Source of the DNA: an uncultured Rhodospirillaceae bacterium
GTDB taxonomy: Bacteria; Pseudomonadota; Alphaproteobacteria; UBA2966
Assembly: GCA_964343605.1 (NCBI GenBank)
Contig: CAYFKJ010000004.1
Span: forward strand, 60,574-124,573
Reading direction: 5' to 3'
DNA: 64,000 nt
The notes below the pieces were generated by a model. That model ran no database searches, was not told the DNA's origin, and worked only from the letters and a program-made list of their open reading frames with translations. Made by a program: the position numbers and the translations under genes. Positions 59,182-64,000 of this stretch are shown here, one piece after another. Position 1 is the first letter of the stretch. The number at the start of each line of letters is the position of its first letter.

Positions 59182-59703
59182 CTAAAGGATTTCTTCCTCG
59201 TCGCCCTCATCCTCGATCCAGCCCAAGTGTCGGGCGATCAGGATCAGCGCCGTGAAGAAAATGGAAATCGGCAAGGCAGTCATGCCAGGCCACAACAAGA
59301 TTCGTGTAGTTTCCGTGCGCAGGTTCCGGTTGAAGGCGAAATCGAACCAGTCCCAGGATTCCCACAGAATCCAAGCGCAAAATATCAGACCCGAGAGCGT
59401 TGCCGCCGTCATCAGAACCTGATGGAAAAAACGGCTCTTGCGCTTCAGGAAATTTTCCAGGATCGAAACCCGGATGTGGTCCGCCTTCAATGTCACCAGC
59501 GGCAGCGCGAGGAACAGCGAGATACTCATCAACATGCCGACCACTTCTTCGGTAAACGGCAGCGGCAGGGAAAACAATTTCCGCAATACCACGCTGGTGA
59601 CGATGATGCCGACAATGGCGACCATCCCGAGCGCCGCCATAAAAGCAAGAAGGAGGGCCGGATATTCCAGCCCTCCCCTCACCCAAAATCGGGATGAACG
59701 CAT
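59182..59703 (-). CDS. dctQ: TRAP transporter small permease subunit (DctQ family)
   Basis: 173 aa with four hydrophobic segments. Located between the dctP and dctM homologues. Confidence 0.8.
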   Translation of the reverse strand: MRSSRFWVRGGLEYPALLLAFMAALGMVAIVGIIVTSVVLRKLFSLPLPFTEEVVGMLMSISLFLALPLVTLKADHIRVSILENFLKRKSRFFHQVLMTAATLSGLIFCAWILWESWDWFDFAFNRNLRTETTRILLWPGMTALPISIFFTALILIARHLGWIEDEGDEEEIL

Positions 59704-60714
59704 TTAGCGGCCCATGGCCTTCAACACGCGCTTGCGGTAAGCCGGTGCGTCGCCGCCGGCCTCGTTGGCAAGTTTCTCCCAGGTAACGCCGACGGCCTCG
59801 ATGTAGGCCTTGCGATCCTCAGGCGGGAAATCATCCAGCCATTTGACGCCCTGGCCTTCTAGCTTCTTGCGGGCGGCAAGCTCCTTGGCGTGATCGTCGT
59901 CGTAGCGGTTGGTGCGGTCCCAAACCGCCTGACCGGCATCCTGGATCGCCTTTTTATGCGCATCCGAAAGGCCGTTCCATTTTTTCGCCGACATACCGAG
60001 GATGTAGGGACCGGACGCCATCGGATAGAGGAAGGCGGCGTACTTGGCGACTTCCTGCAGCGATACGGTGTGGGCATAGAGAGCCGGATACACGGCACAA
60101 TCGACCACACCGGTTTTCATGGCCACATACATTTCCTCCTGCGGGATGATTTGCGCGGAAACGCCGAGGCGCTTGAAATTTTCCACCTGGTCCTTGGCCC
60201 ACACGCGGAGCTTTTTGGTCTTCAACTGGGCCATCGTACGAACCGGTTCCTCACGGCAGAAGATGGACGCTTCCAGCATGGGCAGCGCCACATACCCGGT
60301 GGCTACCACATCCCACTTGGCGAACTCCTCCTCGTAGATCTTTTTCACGACGGGCAGGACCTTGTGCAGTTCTGCCTCGGAGCCGACTGAGCCCTGGACC
60401 ATCACGGTTCCCAGGGCCGGCGCGTCGCGACCCAGGTAGTTGGCCCAAACCATGCTCATGTCGACCGCCCCTTTGGGCAGGAAGCGCAGGGCATCGGTGT
60501 TCTTGAGGCCCAGCGAGCCGCCGCTGAACACCTTCATGCTGATTTCGCCGTTGGAGTTCTTTTTCACCTCATCGGCGAACTGTATGAACTCCTTCGTTTC
60601 CGGACGTTTTTCCGGCAGGGGATTGTTGAAGCGCCACTCCGCAGCCTGCGCGGAAGCGACCACAAAGCCGGCGCCGATCAGCCCGGCGAGCAATGTTCGA
60701 ATTCCAGTTTTCAT
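59704..60714 (-). CDS. dctP: TRAP transporter substrate-binding protein (DctP family)
   Basis: 336 aa from ATG 60714, with GGAG 7 nt upstream. Signal peptide MKTGIRTLLAGLIGAGFVVASAQA. Confidence 0.85.
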   Translation of the reverse strand: MKTGIRTLLAGLIGAGFVVASAQAAEWRFNNPLPEKRPETKEFIQFADEVKKNSNGEISMKVFSGGSLGLKNTDALRFLPKGAVDMSMVWANYLGRDAPALGTVMVQGSVGSEAELHKVLPVVKKIYEEEFAKWDVVATGYVALPMLEASIFCREEPVRTMAQLKTKKLRVWAKDQVENFKRLGVSAQIIPQEEMYVAMKTGVVDCAVYPALYAHTVSLQEVAKYAAFLYPMASGPYILGMSAKKWNGLSDAHKKAIQDAGQAVWDRTNRYDDDHAKELAARKKLEGQGVKWLDDFPPEDRKAYIEAVGVTWEKLANEAGGDAPAYRKRVLKAMGR

Positions 60715-61034
60715 TATTGTCTCCAATAGGGACGGCTTCGCTAAACGACCTTCGTCATGCAACTGAAGGATTTCGAATACTTCGCGTTAGAAGCTTCGGA
60801 ACGGGGGTCATGACGCGACGAAAACCCCTCCCTATTCAGGCTTCCGTCCGGCCAACATTCGTTAACTTATTCCGGTGATTTGAAAAAGGAAATCACTAAA
60901 GCGCTAGCTTGCTGGCCATTTTTATCTCATGTACGGTCCGACCTGCCCTCCTGGCGGCACCTGCTCCGAAATCGGTTTACCTCCTATTTTTGGGGCGGAA
61001 TTCAGCTCTACTCCCAAGGCAAGATCGTACTCCC

Positions 61035-61373
61035 ATGGCACATTTCCTGATCCAGATATCATTCACGCCTGAAGCCTTCGCCAATCTGGTGAAGAAGCCC
61101 GAAAACCGATTGGAGGCAGTTGTACCGATGGTCAGGGCCATGGGGGGATCCTTTGTCGGTTCCTGGCTGTCGTTCGGGGAATACGATTCCACCGCCGTGA
61201 TCGAGATGCCCGACAACATTTCGATGAAGGCGTTCAAGATGAAAGTCATGTCCAGCGGCAATATCAGCCGGTTTATCCTGACCCCGCTGATGTCGTTCGA
61301 AGACGGCGTCGAAGCCATGAAGCTGGCGGGAAAGGTCGATTACGCAGAGTTCGAAGGCAATGGGAACAGCTAA
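61035..61373 (+). CDS. GYD domain-containing protein
   Basis: 112 aa from ATG 61035 (MAHFLIQISFTPEAF...). GEYD signature in LSFGEYDSTAVIE. Confidence 0.8.
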   Translation: MAHFLIQISFTPEAFANLVKKPENRLEAVVPMVRAMGGSFVGSWLSFGEYDSTAVIEMPDNISMKAFKMKVMSSGNISRFILTPLMSFEDGVEAMKLAGKVDYAEFEGNGNS

Positions 61374-61403
61374 GTACAGCTGGTACCCGATGGTGACCGG
61401 ACC

Positions 61404-63746
61404 CTAGAGCCCATCGCCGCCGTCGCCGCCATCGTCGGCGTCGGCATGGGCGAAGGCCCGCTCGACTTTTGTGGCCGGTGCCTTATCAGGCTTGACGAAT
61501 TCCGGCTTGGCCGGGCCATCCTGCGCAACACGCAGGGGCGGCGCCCCGCCGGCCTTGTCCTCACCGAAATAGATCGTCTGGTGGGGATAGGGTATTTCGA
61601 TGCCGCGTTCGTCGAACCTTTTCTTCACCAGTCCGTTGAAGGCGCGCTTGATGCGCCACTGGCTACCCGGCTTGGTCTTAAGTCTCGCGCGGACCACAAC
61701 GGCGGAATCATCCAGGCGATCGACGCCGTCGATGGTGATGGGCTCCAGGATGTCGCCGCCGACTTCCGGATCGTCCTGTAATTCGGCGCCGATTTCCTGC
61801 AAAAGGTCGGCGACTTCGTCGGTGTTCTCGCGATAGGCAACCCCCACCTCAGCCACGTGGAAGGCGAAGTCCTTGGTCATGTTGGTGACCGTGTCGACGG
61901 TACTGAACGGGATGGTGTGCACGGTGCCGCGCGTGTCGCGCAGACGGATGGTGCGGATGGTCATGGCTTCCACGGTACCGGAAAGCCCACCCACGGTGAC
62001 GAAGTCGCCGACGGCGATACTGTCTTCGAACAGGATGAAAGCGCCGGTGATGATGTCCTTGACCAACGTCTGCGCGCCGAACCCGATCGCCAGGCCGACG
62101 ACCCCTGCGCCGGCCAGGAGCGGTCCGATATTGACGCCGAACTCGCTCAAGGTCGTGAGGATCGCCATCGTCAGGATGACGATCAGCAGCGCGTTCTTCA
62201 AAAGCGGCAGCAACGTCCTCGCCCGGGCGCTGCGCAGCACCTGCTCACCGCTGTCATCCGTTTTTTCGAGGTAGACCGTGATGATGGTGCTGACGACCTC
62301 CCAGACGATCAGCGCGAAAGCCAGGACGACGAATATGTTCAAGGCGCGCGAGATGACCAGGCGGCCGAAATCGCTCGCCAACCACGCGCCGACGTCGATC
62401 TGCCAGCTCTGCAGCACAAGCATGGCGGCGATGACGTAAACCAAGCCGGCGACGATATTTCGGGCCAGCGGCAGATAACGGTTGGCGCGGGCCTCCAGCA
62501 CGGGATAGCGCGTGCGCATCCGGTCGGAGATGCGAAAGACCCTCTCCAGACCGCGCATGGCCAGCAAACGCGCGCCCCAGGCGGCCAACAACACCACTGC
62601 GGTTCCCGCCGTCCCTTCGGCAACGAAAACGAAGCCGCCCTCGATCTCCAGCGCCCAGATGAAATAAGCGGCGGCGATGTAAAGGGCCGCGAAGACATGC
62701 CAGATCTCGGCCGTCCGCCGCCGCACCGCGGCCAGAAAGCGGTTGGCCTCTTTGCTCTCCGTGCCGTTCTTCAACGCTGCCGCCACGGCGTCGCGGATTT
62801 GCAGGATCAGGATCAGCAGCAGCAGGGCTTCCGCCAGCCCCAGAATCTTCGTCAGCGCCACGTAACCGCCGGCGGGCAGGCCCAGCGTCAACCCGATCTG
62901 GACGACGAAGAAACCGTAGACCGGCACGTTCACCAGGCGGCGCAGCCAGACGTAGGCGTAGCCCGCCGTCTCGTCGGCCAGCGAGAAAAGCCTTAAAGTC
63001 GGACTGAACGGGGTCAGAACCGCCCGGCCCACCGTCAATACGGCGCGGCTCACCACGACGGCATGGACGGCAGCCAGCACGACGACGTGGACGATGTGGC
63101 CCGGCCCGCTGAAGGCCAGCGCGGCATAGGCCGTCGCCATGAAACCGGCAAGGGGGATGAACTCCAAGAGTGTGCGGGCGGTCAGCAGTGGCAGTCTGAC
63201 GAAAAGTGACGGTGCCTCCCGGATTTCCAGGGCGCGCTTGGGTTTGGTCAGGACACCTCCGAGCAGCCAGGCGATGACCAAACCACCGCCCAAGGCAATC
63301 GCCAAGTGAAGGACGATCTCAAACCACACCCGTCGGCGATCCGCATCGGTGGCCTGATCGGCAAACCAGCCGGCGATGCGCCCGGGATCGCCCACCTGCC
63401 GGGTCAGCGCCGCAAACTCGGCGCCGATGTCGCTTAAGCCCAGCGCAATGCCGCCCAGGAGCTTCGACAGGTAATCCGGCGCCGAACGCAGGACGTCCGC
63501 CGCATCGTCCTTGGCCTCGCCTTCCGTGGTCGCCGCCTGCCGCAACGCGCGCAGATCGTCAATCAGCCGCCGGCGTTGGTCCGGATCCTCGAGCCGCTCG
63601 ATCAACGCCTCGATTTCCGCCGTTGCCGTATCCGCAGCGGCCGCATTGTCCTGGGCTCCGGCCGGTCCGACCAGTGTGGCAACGCCGAGCACGGCGGCCA
63701 GCAGCAGACCCGGGAACGACTTTCGTGAGAGGCTGAAATTCATCAT
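61404..63746 (-). CDS. large mechanosensitive channel of the MscS/MscK family
   Basis: About 780 aa from ATG 63746. Signal peptide, periplasmic helical domain, multiple TM segments, and an MscS core (GAGVVGLAIGFGAQTLVKDIITG ... GTVEAMTIRTIRLRD). Confidence 0.88.
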   Translation of the reverse strand: MMNFSLSRKSFPGLLLAAVLGVATLVGPAGAQDNAAAADTATAEIEALIERLEDPDQRRRLIDDLRALRQAATTEGEAKDDAADVLRSAPDYLSKLLGGIALGLSDIGAEFAALTRQVGDPGRIAGWFADQATDADRRRVWFEIVLHLAIALGGGLVIAWLLGGVLTKPKRALEIREAPSLFVRLPLLTARTLLEFIPLAGFMATAYAALAFSGPGHIVHVVVLAAVHAVVVSRAVLTVGRAVLTPFSPTLRLFSLADETAGYAYVWLRRLVNVPVYGFFVVQIGLTLGLPAGGYVALTKILGLAEALLLLILILQIRDAVAAALKNGTESKEANRFLAAVRRRTAEIWHVFAALYIAAAYFIWALEIEGGFVFVAEGTAGTAVVLLAAWGARLLAMRGLERVFRISDRMRTRYPVLEARANRYLPLARNIVAGLVYVIAAMLVLQSWQIDVGAWLASDFGRLVISRALNIFVVLAFALIVWEVVSTIITVYLEKTDDSGEQVLRSARARTLLPLLKNALLIVILTMAILTTLSEFGVNIGPLLAGAGVVGLAIGFGAQTLVKDIITGAFILFEDSIAVGDFVTVGGLSGTVEAMTIRTIRLRDTRGTVHTIPFSTVDTVTNMTKDFAFHVAEVGVAYRENTDEVADLLQEIGAELQDDPEVGGDILEPITIDGVDRLDDSAVVVRARLKTKPGSQWRIKRAFNGLVKKRFDERGIEIPYPHQTIYFGEDKAGGAPPLRVAQDGPAKPEFVKPDKAPATKVERAFAHADADDGGDGGDGL

Positions 63747-63887
63747 TTGGCTGGGGAGATTACACCACTTGGAGAGGCGGCGAAAACGTTTGGCGCGATT
63801 CGACTCTATCGGGCGGAATGCATTATCCTCGATTCCTTGCGCGGCGCTCACGGGCGCCGCGATTTTGAAGTTTATGGGACCCATTCG

Positions 63888-64000
63888 ATGAGCGTTACGA
63901 TTTATCACAATCCGCGGTGCAGCAAGTCGCGTCAGACACTTGAACTGCTGGCCGAGCGGGGTATCGAACCAACCGTCGTCGAATACCTCAAGACGCCACC
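63888..64000 (+). CDS. ArsC/Spx-family arsenate reductase-like protein, 5' partial
   Basis: MSVTIYHNPRCSKSRQTLELLAERGIEPTVVEYLKTPP matches the glutaredoxin-type ArsC N-terminus with catalytic Cys in HNPRCSKSR. Runs off the right edge. Confidence 0.8.
   Translation, partial: MSVTIYHNPRCSKSRQTLELLAERGIEPTVVEYLKTP

Noticed and set aside
60875-60896. Inverted repeat GTGATTT-N8-AAATCAC between dctP and the GYD gene
   Set aside because: It has only 7-bp arms in an AT-richer spacer, no U tract and no second copy. It is too short to distinguish from chance.

Overview
High-GC (about 64%) chromosomal segment with about 65 densely packed genes. The background looks alphaproteobacterial: class I lysyl-tRNA synthetase, a SAM-II-like leader in front of metZ, and argD-argF-hslO synteny. 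The main feature is a complete oxidative-type (reverse) dissimilatory sulfite reductase operon on the minus strand at 17.7-31.7 kb, ordered dsrABEFHCMKLJOP, then a TrpD2/YbiB-like gene, dsrN and cobA. Divergent from it lies an AT-rich control region followed by a TauD-like dioxygenase with two coupled small ORFs and an unpartnered YeeE/YedE sulfur transporter. The rest is mostly housekeeping or transport: kynU, pyrD, lysS, DinG-like helicase, metZ, apaG, folE, trkH, argE/argF/argD, hslO, an RND pump with a TetR regulator, a TRAP transporter, an MscS-type channel, one tRNA-Gly(CCC) and a large hybrid histidine kinase. I found no CRISPR array, IS element, integrase or prophage genes. The most unusual items are the TrpD2-like gene inside the dsr operon, the TauD-like/small-ORF/YeeE module, an SRAP gene paired with an S24-like repressor lacking its nucleophile serine, and a coupled radical-SAM/metallophosphoesterase pair. 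Many long ORFs in the six-frame track are antisense artefacts of the high GC content and were not called. Several starts were moved downstream of the track's ORF start to ATG codons with Shine-Dalgarno support. All family calls rest on motif recognition by eye, not on database searches.
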